Below, piece by piece: positions 37,769-46,365 of a stretch of DNA of 64,000 nt. Position 1 is the first letter of the stretch. Each line of letters opens with the position of its first letter. The notes beneath the pieces were generated by a model. The model saw only the letters and a program-made list of their open reading frames with translations. It was not told where the DNA came from and searched no databases. This DNA is from an uncultured Gammaproteobacteria bacterium (GTDB taxonomy: Bacteria; Pseudomonadota; Gammaproteobacteria; Steroidobacterales; Rariloculaceae): positions 962,512-1,026,511 of the forward strand of contig CAVQPJ010000013.1 of assembly GCA_963714705.1 (NCBI GenBank), written 5' to 3'. The translations under genes were made by a program, and so were the position numbers.

Positions 37769-38620
37769 CTAGCCGCCTCCGCCACAGCCGCCGCCCCCGC
37801 AGCCGGCGCCACCGCCACCGCCACCTCCGCACCCAGCGCCGCCGTCGCCCGCGCCACCGTCGGCTCCGCCGTCGCCGCTCTTTCCCGAAGATCCGCACCC
37901 GGCGACACCACCCGCCACGGCACCGTCGCTCGCGCGCCGCTTGCCCGCGGCGCCGCGAGGCTTGCGACGGCGACTCCGCGCGGCGGCAACGATGAGCGCA
38001 ACCAGGAGCGCCGCCCCGAGCGCGAAGGCGAAGCCGAGCTCCGGGATCCCTTCAGCCGCGCTTTCCGCCTGTGCGACGGCGTGGGCGACGGCGAGCACTC
38101 CGCCGCCGGCCAGCGATGCCAGCGCACCGCGCTTCAGCACCGCTCGATCGAGGGTCAGGACGTCGCAGCGATTGATGCGCACGAAGTCATTACGCTCGTG
38201 GAACCGTTCGCTCGCTGCAGGCCAGACGTCGTTCGGCGGCTCGCCGAAGTAGCGGCGATACGACGCGAGCGTGGCCTCGTACCAGTCGTGGAACTTGCGA
38301 CCTTCGGCCGAACCGCCCTGCGTCGGACCGTGATGCAACGGCCGCTCGAGCTTGTCGCGGCACAGCGTGTCCCAGTAGTGCCGCGAGTAGGTCAGGTGCA
38401 GGTGCCAGACCTGATCGATGTCGTCGGACGGCGTCACGGGATGGCCTGCGTGGACGGCGAGAAAGCAGAACTTGCGGTATTCCTCGATCGCCTCCGCGGC
38501 GAAGGCGGGCGACCAACCGTTGTCGCGCGCCAGCCGCGCCGAGAACGGAAAAGCCGTATCGGCGGCGTCGAATTCGAGGCCCGAAAGCCGGGTCCAGGTC
38601 GTAAGCTCTTGTATGTTCAT
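37769..38620 (-). CDS. GRDP-like (DUF1399-type) domain protein with TM helix and C-terminal Gly/Cys-rich tail (TIGR04222-like)
   Basis: N-terminal domain VWHLHLTYSRHYW...LHHGPTQGG...FGEPPNDVWP. One TM (LGFAFALGAALLVALIVAAA). Tail GGAGCGGGGGGGAGCGGGGCGGGG. Confidence 0.65.
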   Translation of the reverse strand: MNIQELTTWTRLSGLEFDAADTAFPFSARLARDNGWSPAFAAEAIEEYRKFCFLAVHAGHPVTPSDDIDQVWHLHLTYSRHYWDTLCRDKLERPLHHGPTQGGSAEGRKFHDWYEATLASYRRYFGEPPNDVWPAASERFHERNDFVRINRCDVLTLDRAVLKRGALASLAGGGVLAVAHAVAQAESAAEGIPELGFAFALGAALLVALIVAAARSRRRKPRGAAGKRRASDGAVAGGVAGCGSSGKSGDGGADGGAGDGGAGCGGGGGGGAGCGGGGCGGGG

Positions 38621-38723
38621 CTTTTAACTCACTAATTTCACATGCCACTTGTTACATGAAATATAATACAGGTAATTGTATTCCTGTACAAGTAGTCGTG
38701 AAATGGCCGTATCATGCCGGTCC

Positions 38724-39035
38724 ATGGCCGAACCAGCACAAGACGAGTCGCCGTCCCGGCGGCCGCAATGGACGATCTTCAGCAACCACGCGCACGTGCT
38801 CGTCTGCATCGTGCGCAACCCCGAGGAGCGCGTGCGCGAGATCGCGCGCAAAGTCGGCATCACGGAGCGTGCCGTGCAGCGAATCATCGGGGAGCTCGAG
38901 GAAGCCGGCGTGATTACGCGCGAGCGCCTGGGGCGCACGAACCGCTACAGCCTGTCGCTGGACCGGCCGCTACGACATCCGCTCGAGGCAAACACGACGA
39001 TCGCAGAGGTCATCCGTGTCATCGAGAGCGCGTGA
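38724..39035 (+). CDS. Winged-helix (MarR/ArsR-like) DNA-binding protein
   Basis: ATG 38724. HTH VREIARKVGITERAVQRIIGELEEAGVITRER. Divergent from 37769..38620 across an AT-rich spacer carrying three TGAAAT/ATTTCA motifs (38635, 38657, 38699). Confidence 0.7.
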   Translation: MAEPAQDESPSRRPQWTIFSNHAHVLVCIVRNPEERVREIARKVGITERAVQRIIGELEEAGVITRERLGRTNRYSLSLDRPLRHPLEANTTIAEVIRVIESA

Positions 39036-39038
39036 GCG

Positions 39039-40328
39039 TCAGCCGGTTGTGGCGTGCTGTTGCTCTGCCGGCGGGTCGAACTCGTGGATGAGGTCGCCGA
39101 TCAGGTTTTGCAGGATTCGGAAGCTCTCGTCGGCCGACAGCTTCTCGTTGATCAGCAGCGAGAACGCGCGGTCTCTCAAGGTTCGCAGCTCGGCAATGCC
39201 AATCCTTCGCTGCTGCGCGTCCTGCTCCTGCAAGAGCTTCGCGCGAATGGCCAACGCCTCGGCATAAAACCGATCGATTCGGCTCTTACGCCGACCGCGC
39301 AGATACCGCAGCAGCGCCACGAAAGCGGTGGCCAGCGCGGCCACGATCGTGACCGCCACTTCGAAAATTCCTGAGGCGCGCTCGGCGAATCCGGGGTCGT
39401 TGCGCGCGCGAAACGCTAGTGCGCCGGCGTGAACGGGGAACGTGACGTCGGAAATGTCGAAAATCTCGAGCTCGTCGATTGCGAGATCGGGCCGTTGCGC
39501 GACGAGCAGCGGTCCCATCTCCTGCACCGCTTGGAGTGCATCGTAGACGACGACGCGGGGTGTGCCGGCTCGCGTCACGAGCAGCGTATCGACCGCCACC
39601 GTCGCGATCGCCGTGGGCGTAAGGGACCCATACGTCCCTTCCGGAATCACGAACGGCCGCAGAAAAGGCGCCACGAGGCTCAGGCCATCGGCCGCGGAAC
39701 CGTTGCCGACATCCTCGGCGCGACCGAGGCTGAGCAGCTCGTAGCCGCTCAAATCCGGCACATCGCGCGGCGAAATCGGCGAAAACACGAAAACGATGTC
39801 GGGATTGCTGTCGGGTGAGTCGACGTAGGAGAACTCGATCCCGGCCCACGCGTACATCGACGCCATTTGATTCAGCAGTTGCCGCGCCGCCGCTTGCTCG
39901 CTACCGGCAAATACGGTGGCGCCGCTCAATGCCTGGCGGAGCGTCTGCCCTCGCTTCTCGGGCCGCACGCCGATGTGCAGCACGCTCGGATAGAGCGGAG
40001 CGACGGTGCGCACCGCCGGGTGGCGATAGCTCGCGCTGTTCTCGACGATCGCGAGGTCCGCCGTGCCGGCGTCCAGCGCGGACAGGGCTGCCTCGGCATC
40101 CGCAACGTTGGCGCCCTGTGTCAGACGAACGCGCGTCGCCACCTCGTTGCTCGCGCTCGCAAGCAGTGCCGCGACTTCCTCGTTGGCGTCCGGAGGGCCG
40201 CTGACGATCCGCAGTGTGACCGGCGACTCCGAGCAGCCGGCGAGCGCCAGGCCCAACATCAACAGCGTCGCCGGGGCCCACGTGCCCGAGCCGGGTAGCG
40301 ACATGCGAGCTTCGTCTGTTGCCGTCAT
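39039..40328 (-). CDS. TAXI-type (NMT1_3-like) solute-binding lipoprotein with C-terminal TM helix and coiled-coil tail
   Basis: The ATG at 40328 overlaps the upstream stop (ATGA). Lipobox LALAGCS. IPEGTYGSL and TFPVHAGALAFRARNDP resemble TAXI receptors. C-terminal TM VAVTIVAALATAFVALL, then a helical tail. Confidence 0.6.
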   Translation of the reverse strand: MTATDEARMSLPGSGTWAPATLLMLGLALAGCSESPVTLRIVSGPPDANEEVAALLASASNEVATRVRLTQGANVADAEAALSALDAGTADLAIVENSASYRHPAVRTVAPLYPSVLHIGVRPEKRGQTLRQALSGATVFAGSEQAAARQLLNQMASMYAWAGIEFSYVDSPDSNPDIVFVFSPISPRDVPDLSGYELLSLGRAEDVGNGSAADGLSLVAPFLRPFVIPEGTYGSLTPTAIATVAVDTLLVTRAGTPRVVVYDALQAVQEMGPLLVAQRPDLAIDELEIFDISDVTFPVHAGALAFRARNDPGFAERASGIFEVAVTIVAALATAFVALLRYLRGRRKSRIDRFYAEALAIRAKLLQEQDAQQRRIGIAELRTLRDRAFSLLINEKLSADESFRILQNLIGDLIHEFDPPAEQQHATTG

Positions 40329-41104
40329 TGCATGCTCTCGCGCAGCTCCGCGAGCGCCTCGTCGGCCGAGTCGGTGCGAATTAGACCGAGCCGCGGGAAC
40401 TCCAGGTCGATGATCACATAAACCGTCAACGACACGATTACCGCAAACGTCACCGTATGCAGCCAGCTTCGAGGGGAATTCGGCGACGTGCCGTAGCCGA
40501 CGAGGAGCGCGCATACGAGGCTCAGCCCGCCAAGGACCAGGAACACGATCAGCGGCGGGTGGTTTTTTGTCGCCATCTCGCGCGTGGCCGTGATGTCTAT
40601 CATCTCGTTCAGCGAACCGAGCAGCAGCGACGTCGACACGTTGGGCATATTCTGGCTTTGAAGGGCGGCCAACGTCACGTTCCAGATCTCGCCCTGCAAG
40701 CTCGCGCCCTCGGCGAGCTTTGTCTCGGTGGCAGCGACGTCCCCGTCCTGCCGATAGGTTGCGTAGCGGATCTCGACGTACCTGCGAAACAGATCGCGCA
40801 GCCCCGGTTGCGCGTCGTTCGGCAGGAGATCGAGCCGCAAGTAGGCGGTTCCGATCGCGTTCGCTTCGTCGGAAATCAAGTGGCGGCGATCCTCGAACCG
40901 CGACGCGGCGCCGGAGAAGGTGAAAGCGATCAGCAGGCCGAACAGCGCAAACATCGCGGCCTCCGTCGAGCCGCCGCCCTGCGCCAACCCGGCGGGGTTG
41001 CGCGCGAGCCTCGCCATGCCTAGCCGGCGGCCGACTTCGGCGGCAACCAATATCAGAACGAACAGCCCCACGCCGGCAACCAGAGCGACCAACATGAAAT
41101 TCAC
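40325..41104 (-). CDS. DUF4239 (bestrophin-like) membrane protein
   Basis: 259 aa. FALFGLLIAFTFSGAASRFEDRRHLISDEANAIGTAYLRLDLLP is typical of DUF4239. Four TM segments. Confidence 0.65.
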   Translation of the reverse strand: MNFMLVALVAGVGLFVLILVAAEVGRRLGMARLARNPAGLAQGGGSTEAAMFALFGLLIAFTFSGAASRFEDRRHLISDEANAIGTAYLRLDLLPNDAQPGLRDLFRRYVEIRYATYRQDGDVAATETKLAEGASLQGEIWNVTLAALQSQNMPNVSTSLLLGSLNEMIDITATREMATKNHPPLIVFLVLGGLSLVCALLVGYGTSPNSPRSWLHTVTFAVIVSLTVYVIIDLEFPRLGLIRTDSADEALAELRESMQ

Positions 41105-41306
41105 GATCGAATCTCCGTCTGACGATTGCGCCCACGCCGCCGCTTCCCGACGGCGGGCGGTGCACAGTTCACCTTGCCGCCAAACGCATTGCCCATAGGA
41201 CTATGGTCCGTGACCCGCCCGATGGCGCATCATTGAGAATCTTGGGTGCGTGTCATAGTGCACCGAGAGCTTACTAGTCACACGGTAATCGGAGAGGCAA
41301 ATAGTC

Positions 41307-41912
41307 ATGAACGCTAAGTCGTTGGCCGCCGCGTTGGTGTTGAGCACGCTTGCGCTGTCGGCGCACGCGCAGAAGCCGCGCATTCAGTGGAACAACCAAT
41401 ATGATTTCGCCGCGGTCAAGACCTTCGGGTGGCAAGACACGCCGGAGACGTCGCTCGAAGGGCAAAACCCCTTCATGCACTCGTTGATCAAGAACACGAT
41501 CGAGGCCGAGCTCGCGGAGTCCGGGCTGACGGAAGTGGACGCGAACCCCGACGTCTACGTGAACTACCACGCCTCGACTGCGACCGAGGTCCAGCTCCGA
41601 TCGGACTCCTACGGGTACGGATTCGGCGCGTATGGCATGGGCACGTGGGGGGGGTACTACGGCATGTCCGCGGGGCCGGTGTCGACGACGACGCGCGTCG
41701 TCGAATACGAGAAAGGCACGCTCGTCGTCGACATCTGGGACGTTGCGAAAAAGGAGCTCGTGTGGCGCGGCGAGGTCACCGACACCTTGCCCGACAATCC
41801 GCAGAAGGCCGAGAAATTGGTCGTCAGGGCGATCGGCAAGATGGCTGATCAAGGGCGCAAGCTCTGGGCGAGCGAGCTGAAGCGGCGCGAACGAGCGGCC
41901 GGCGAAGGCTGA
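41307..41912 (+). CDS. DUF4136-like secreted protein
   Basis: Signal peptide ...LALSAHAQ. YDFAAVKTFGW...VVDIWDVAKKELVWRG pattern. Confidence 0.6.
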   Translation: MNAKSLAAALVLSTLALSAHAQKPRIQWNNQYDFAAVKTFGWQDTPETSLEGQNPFMHSLIKNTIEAELAESGLTEVDANPDVYVNYHASTATEVQLRSDSYGYGFGAYGMGTWGGYYGMSAGPVSTTTRVVEYEKGTLVVDIWDVAKKELVWRGEVTDTLPDNPQKAEKLVVRAIGKMADQGRKLWASELKRRERAAGEG

Positions 41913-41915
41913 CGG

Positions 41916-42923
41916 ATGCACCAGCGACTTTCCTTTCGACTGGGCATCCCTCTACTGCTCCTGTGCGCGTGTCCGGCCCTGCTGCCGGGCCGCGCGCAAG
42001 CGGCCGGCGAAATCTATTGGTTCAGCCTGCTCAGCGAGGACGTCAACGCCGCGGCAGCGTTCTATTCGGAGCTCTTCGGCTGGGAGATCGTGCCGGGCCC
42101 GACGGGCGGGCTCATGGCGCTGCGCGACGGGCAGCCGTTCGCGGGGATGAACTCCATCGAGAACCGGATTCCGGATGCCTCTGAGTCGCTGTGGCTGGCC
42201 GCGATTGCCGTAACCGATCCGCCTAAATCGGTGGCCGCCGCCAAGCGGCTCGGGGGGACGATTCACCAGGACGTCACGGAGCTCGAGGGCTGGGGCACCT
42301 ACGCGGTGATCCAGGATCCGCAGGGCGCGCCTTTGATGATCGTGGACCCGGCTCGGTCGCTCGGTGGACGGCAGGGCTATAGCGGCTGGCGCTGGGCCGA
42401 GCTCTGGACACACGATCCTGGCGCGGCCGCGACCTTCTATCGCGAAGTGATCGGTTACCAGGTCGAGAACGTGCCTGTCGGCGACGGCATCTACACCGCG
42501 CTGCGCGGGTCGGGCACGCGCAATGCCGGGCTCGTCAAGCTCGAACGCACCGACATTGCCTCGCGCTGGGCGCCGTACATCGGCGTCACCGATTTGCGCG
42601 GCATCCTCGTGCGGGTCTGGCAGGCACGCGGCCAAGTCCTGCGCGAGCCCTCCGAGGTCGATATCGCGATCGCCGGCGCAAACCGCGTCGCGCTCGTCGC
42701 GGACCCGAGCGGCGCCGTCGTTTTTCTCTACCAGCTCGACGAGCAGGCTACAGCCGATCCTCTCGTGGCCGCCGACGCGCGGCGCGCGACGCCCGTGAGG
42801 GCCCCGACGGGCGGCGGCGGAAACCCGAACATCCATGTCTCCGTCATGGTCGGCTACGGCTTCGGCCCGGGCTGGGGCAGCGCGTATCCCGACTTCATGC
42901 GGACCAGGGTCGGCCCCTACTGA
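41916..42923 (+). CDS. Secreted tandem-VOC (two glyoxalase-fold domains) protein
   Basis: Signal peptide ...PGRAQAAGE. Two repeats of the pattern AAAFYSELFGWEI...GTYAVIQDPQGAPLMI and AATFYREVIGYQV...RVALVADPSGAVVFL. Confidence 0.65.
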   Translation: MHQRLSFRLGIPLLLLCACPALLPGRAQAAGEIYWFSLLSEDVNAAAAFYSELFGWEIVPGPTGGLMALRDGQPFAGMNSIENRIPDASESLWLAAIAVTDPPKSVAAAKRLGGTIHQDVTELEGWGTYAVIQDPQGAPLMIVDPARSLGGRQGYSGWRWAELWTHDPGAAATFYREVIGYQVENVPVGDGIYTALRGSGTRNAGLVKLERTDIASRWAPYIGVTDLRGILVRVWQARGQVLREPSEVDIAIAGANRVALVADPSGAVVFLYQLDEQATADPLVAADARRATPVRAPTGGGGNPNIHVSVMVGYGFGPGWGSAYPDFMRTRVGPY

Positions 42924-42934
42924 GGGGCGGCAAC

Positions 42935-43879
42935 ATGTTGAGCGGCGCCCGGTTACCTAGAACAGCCTGCATGGCTTTGCTAGTCGCCGCCGGCGCGTGT
43001 CTCGCGTCCTGCGGCGACCGCCAAGGCGAGCCAAGCGCGGAGCAGTCCGCGACCGGCTCCGCGGCGGCGCCGCGCTCGGATCACAAGAACACCGAGTACT
43101 CGATCGGCGGCCGGACGATCTGGCTCGTCGACGGTGTCGCCGAAGCCGCCGCAGCGCCAGGCTCGGCGGCGAGAGTCGTCACCCGCTATTTCGGCAATGA
43201 GGTGCGGGGCGACTTGAACGCCGACGGCCGCGAGGACGTCGCGTTCCTACTTACGCAGGAGACGGGGGGTAGCGGCACCTACTTCTACGCCGTCGCGGCC
43301 CTGAACTTGGAACGCGGTTTCGTGGGATCGGAGGGAACCCTGCTCGGCGATCGCATCGCGCCGCAGACGGCGGCGCTGCGGGCCGACGGCGTCATCGTCG
43401 TGACTTACGCGGACCGCGGGCCGAGCGAGAGCTTCACGACCCCGCCGTCGGTCGGCAAGACCATTTGGCTCAAGCTCGATCCCACGAGACTGCAGCTCGG
43501 AGAGCTCGTGCAAGATTTCGAAGGCGAAGCCGACCCGGACTCGATGGAGCTCGGCATGAAAACGTGGGTGTGGGTGCGAGCCGTGGACGGCGGCAACGAA
43601 ATCGTGCCGCGGCAGACGGAAGCCTTCACCGTGACCTTTGCGGGAGACGGCACGTTCTCCGCCACGACCGATTGCAACCGCGTGAGAGGCGGTTACACAG
43701 CGCAAGGGAGCGAGCTCACGTTCGCCGACAACATGGCCGCGACGAGGATGTTCTGCGCCGATTCCCAAGAAACCGTCTTCACGCAGCTCCTCACGAAAAC
43801 GGCGAGCTACGCCTTCACCTCGCGCGGGGAGCTCGTGCTGCAGCTCGCCGGCGACGCGGGCTCGGTGACCTTCCGCTGA
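42935..43879 (+). CDS. Lipoprotein with C-terminal META (HslJ-like) domain
   Basis: Lipobox GACLASCG. C-terminal FTVTFAGDGTFSATTDCNRVRGGYTAQGSELTFADNMAATRMFC...GELVLQL. Confidence 0.6.
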   Translation: MLSGARLPRTACMALLVAAGACLASCGDRQGEPSAEQSATGSAAAPRSDHKNTEYSIGGRTIWLVDGVAEAAAAPGSAARVVTRYFGNEVRGDLNADGREDVAFLLTQETGGSGTYFYAVAALNLERGFVGSEGTLLGDRIAPQTAALRADGVIVVTYADRGPSESFTTPPSVGKTIWLKLDPTRLQLGELVQDFEGEADPDSMELGMKTWVWVRAVDGGNEIVPRQTEAFTVTFAGDGTFSATTDCNRVRGGYTAQGSELTFADNMAATRMFCADSQETVFTQLLTKTASYAFTSRGELVLQLAGDAGSVTFR

Positions 43880-43880
43880 T

Positions 43881-44765
43881 CTACGCTCCGGCCGCACCCG
43901 GTGCGCGGCGTGACAGCACCTGCCGCAACGACTGCGGTGGCCGGTCGACGAGCTTCTCCACGTGATCAGTGCACGCACTCATGTAGCCCTCGCGGATCGA
44001 GCGCCCGAACGACGCGACGAGCTCGGCGCCGTAGCGCAGGTGGTCGTCGGCCGCGCCGGTCCCAACCATCGCGCCGATGAGCTCGGCGTCGCTGACCCGG
44101 CGCTCGACGACCGGCCGCCCGCCGAGTTCGCCGTACAACACCGCGAGGTCGGCGGCCGAATACGCCTGCGGGCCCGTGACGTCATAGCAAGCACCGGAAT
44201 GACCGCCGGCTGCGAGCACGGCGGCGGCCACGGCCGCACAATCCTCGCGCGCCACGTACGCGACCTTGCCACCGCCGCGGTTGTGGACGAGAACGCCCGA
44301 GGCGATCGCTTGCGCGGCCTCCGGTGCTTGGTAGTCGGCATACAGACTGTTGCGCAGAATCGTCCAGCCGAGGCCGCTCTGCGCGAGCGCTTGCTCAGTC
44401 GCGTAGTGGCTTGGCGCTACGACGGCAGGGTTCGGCGGCTCGGGCTTCAAGCCGGACGTGTACACGACGTGGCGAACGCCGGCGGCTTTCGCCGCGTCGA
44501 TCGCGGCTTGGTGCTGCGCCGTGCGATGACCGAGATCCGTCGCACTCACGAGCAATAGCCGCTCGCCGCCTGCGAACGCCGAGCGCAACGTGTGCGGCGC
44601 CGCGAAGTCGGCGCCGCGAACGGCAACACCGCGCGCAGCGAAGGCCGCGAGTGCAGCCGGCGTGCGCGTCGTCAGGATCAGGTCCTGCGGCGCGACATTC
44701 ACGAGCACACGCTCCGCGACGAGCCGCGCGAGCTGGCCCGACGCGCCGGTGATGACGAGCTTCAT
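43881..44765 (-). CDS. NmrA-like/atypical SDR NAD(P)H-binding oxidoreductase
   Basis: MKLVITGASGQLARLV Rossmann motif. 294 aa. Confidence 0.75.
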   Translation of the reverse strand: MKLVITGASGQLARLVAERVLVNVAPQDLILTTRTPAALAAFAARGVAVRGADFAAPHTLRSAFAGGERLLLVSATDLGHRTAQHQAAIDAAKAAGVRHVVYTSGLKPEPPNPAVVAPSHYATEQALAQSGLGWTILRNSLYADYQAPEAAQAIASGVLVHNRGGGKVAYVAREDCAAVAAAVLAAGGHSGACYDVTGPQAYSAADLAVLYGELGGRPVVERRVSDAELIGAMVGTGAADDHLRYGAELVASFGRSIREGYMSACTDHVEKLVDRPPQSLRQVLSRRAPGAAGA

Positions 44766-44810
44766 CGCGGCTCTGCTTTGCTCCGGCGCCTGCTTGACGT
44801 AACGCCTCCG

Positions 44811-45188
44811 CTATATTCGATGGCTGAGAATCGTGCGGCCGACAGCACTCGAGATCCGCTCGAGATCGTCCGCATCGCTCGTGACGACGAGGTCCGCACG
44901 AGCGAGCGCTCCGGCGACGACAATTGCGTCGACGATGTCGCGAGTACCGGAGCGCGCGCAGACGATGCCGGCCGCGCGCGCACGCGGCTCGTCGAGATCC
45001 TCGATACGGCAGCCGCGCAACAGGCGAGACAGCGCGGCTTGAGGTCCGCCGCGCCACGCCTGGGCGAGCACGGCCGCCGGCACGACAGGCCGCTCGCCGC
45101 GCAGAAGCGAGCGCGCGTGAAGGCTCCAAATCTCGTGCCGATTGGCCTCGGCGGCGAGCAGAGCACCGGTGTCGTACGTCGTGCCCAT
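44811..45188 (-). CDS. PIN-domain toxin (VapC-like)
   Basis: The ATG at 45188 overlaps the antitoxin stop (ATGA). TYDTGALLAAE...DAIVVAGA...VVTSDADDL carries the acidic PIN residues. Confidence 0.7.
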   Translation of the reverse strand: MGTTYDTGALLAAEANRHEIWSLHARSLLRGERPVVPAAVLAQAWRGGPQAALSRLLRGCRIEDLDEPRARAAGIVCARSGTRDIVDAIVVAGALARADLVVTSDADDLERISSAVGRTILSHRI

Positions 45189-45445
45189 CAGGGGGCCGGC
45201 GGGGGCTTGCGGGCTGCATCGAGAATGGCGTCCGCTGCCGCCAGCTCGTCCGCGCTGAGCGGGCCGTGCTCGGCCTCCCATTCGGCCACCGCCGCCAGTC
45301 CGTCCTCAACGGCCAGCGTGTTTTCGACGGCGCGATTCAGCCATGCCGACAGGCTCAAACCCTGCCGTTCGGCGCTCGCCGCGGCGGCCGCGGCCACGCG
45401 CTCGTCGAGCGCAATGCTGAGCTTCTTTACTGCCATCGCCGACAT
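45188..45445 (-). CDS. Antitoxin (ribbon-helix-helix/CopG-like, VapB-like)
   Basis: 85 aa. KKLSIALDERVAAAAAASAERQGLSLSAWLNRAVE. Translationally coupled to the PIN gene. Confidence 0.7.
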   Translation of the reverse strand: MSAMAVKKLSIALDERVAAAAAASAERQGLSLSAWLNRAVENTLAVEDGLAAVAEWEAEHGPLSADELAAADAILDAARKPPPAP

Positions 45446-45556
45446 GGTAACACCGCGTTCCTACCGTGACCAAAAACCCGTAGGGTACGCGCCTCCGGCC
45501 ATCCGCCGCCGCAATTGAATCTGCTGCGATTGTTCAGATTAAGCAGGGAAGAAAAC

Positions 45557-45627
45557 GACGGCTGCGCCCCCACAGTACCGACCTGGGAGGGAGGTGGCCG
45601 GTGTGCTTCACCACGGGCGCAGCCGTC
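45557..45627 (-). terminator. Large-loop hairpin followed by a U-tract (candidate terminator or structured RNA)
   Basis: Perfect 13-bp stem GACGGCTGCGCCC (45557..45569) / GGGCGCAGCCGTC (45615..45627) with a 45-nt internally pairing loop. On the minus strand the 3' arm is followed by GTTTTCTT. Confidence 0.35.
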
Positions 45628-45782
45628 CATCCCTAGAGAGCAGGTTCCGTGCCAACGGGTTACAGCGTGCGGAATGCCTTGGTGCCGCGCGGAAAATCAG
45701 GCCGATGAGCCCCTACGCACGCGTGGTCGTTTGCGCCACTAGTTCGTCGCAAACGCCACAAGAGTGTCCCGATTCCGCAAAC

Positions 45783-46361
45783 TCAGTCTTGCGAACCTTT
45801 CGGCGGAGCGCCTTGACCGGCGAGGCCGGGCACCATGTTGAACATGCCGTCCATGCCGACCCCGGAGGCAATCCTGCCGAGCTGCTCCGGCTTGATGTCG
45901 CCGGCGACGTTGATGAAAACGGCTTCGTCGCCGCCGCCGGTATCGACGACCATCAGCGTGATGCCCGCGATGTTGCCGGAGTTGGCGCCGCCCGTGGCCG
46001 GCTTCATGAAGATGCGCACTCGCTCGCCGTTCTCGTTCACGCGGATCACCGAGCTCCAACCGGCGCTCTCGAGCGTTCGCGACGTGTCGTCGACGAACTT
46101 CAGCAGCTCGGCCTCCGAATCGCCGATGCCCTCGTAGACACGCACGCGCACGTTGGTGACGCCTTCGAGACCGGTCGTATCTTGCACTGACCCTTTGGCC
46201 GCTTCGCCGAAAAAACGCATCATGTCGGGGCCGAGATCGATCTCGACGGTCGGCTCGGAATCGAGCCCCGGAATGTCGTCGAACGAAAAGTAGCCTTGCG
46301 CGTTCGCGCCGCTGCCGAATGCGAGCAATCCGCTGAAGAACAACGCCGATCTGATTTTCAT
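45783..46361 (-). CDS. DUF4252-like secreted protein
   Basis: Signal peptide ...LAFGSGANAQ. Last gene of the ECF sigma/anti-sigma operon. GGAGG lies 8 nt upstream of the ATG. Confidence 0.55.
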   Translation of the reverse strand: MKIRSALFFSGLLAFGSGANAQGYFSFDDIPGLDSEPTVEIDLGPDMMRFFGEAAKGSVQDTTGLEGVTNVRVRVYEGIGDSEAELLKFVDDTSRTLESAGWSSVIRVNENGERVRIFMKPATGGANSGNIAGITLMVVDTGGGDEAVFINVAGDIKPEQLGRIASGVGMDGMFNMVPGLAGQGAPPKGSQD

Positions 46362-46365
46362 GGTC

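Noticed and set aside
37769-37880. GGC/GCC-rich low-complexity stretch as a possible tandem repeat or CRISPR-like array
   Set aside because: It is irregular and has no spacer/repeat periodicity. It simply encodes the Gly/Cys-rich C-terminal tail.
37745-37898. Arg/Trp-rich N-terminal extension (RRRSRRWRGRRRRWVRRWRWRW) of the zinc-ribbon ORF
   Set aside because: It is an out-of-frame, same-strand reading of the GGC-rich region that encodes the Gly/Cys tail of the neighbouring gene. A GTG with a strong AAGGAG RBS at 37744 gives a sensible 77-aa protein.
40329-41165. N-terminal 279 codons of the 708-aa ORF 39039..41165
   Set aside because: This is an Arg/Pro-rich out-of-frame shadow of the DUF4239 gene (40325..41104). 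The real TAXI-like gene starts at the ATGA-coupled ATG 40328 with a lipobox.
45446-45782. Possible known riboswitch or housekeeping RNA (cobalamin, SRP, RNase P, 6S)
   Set aside because: By eye I could not find the conserved cores on either strand: the B12 box, the SRP GGAAGCAGCC helix 8 motif, or the RNase P GAAAGUCCGG. It is kept only as an unclassified hairpin.
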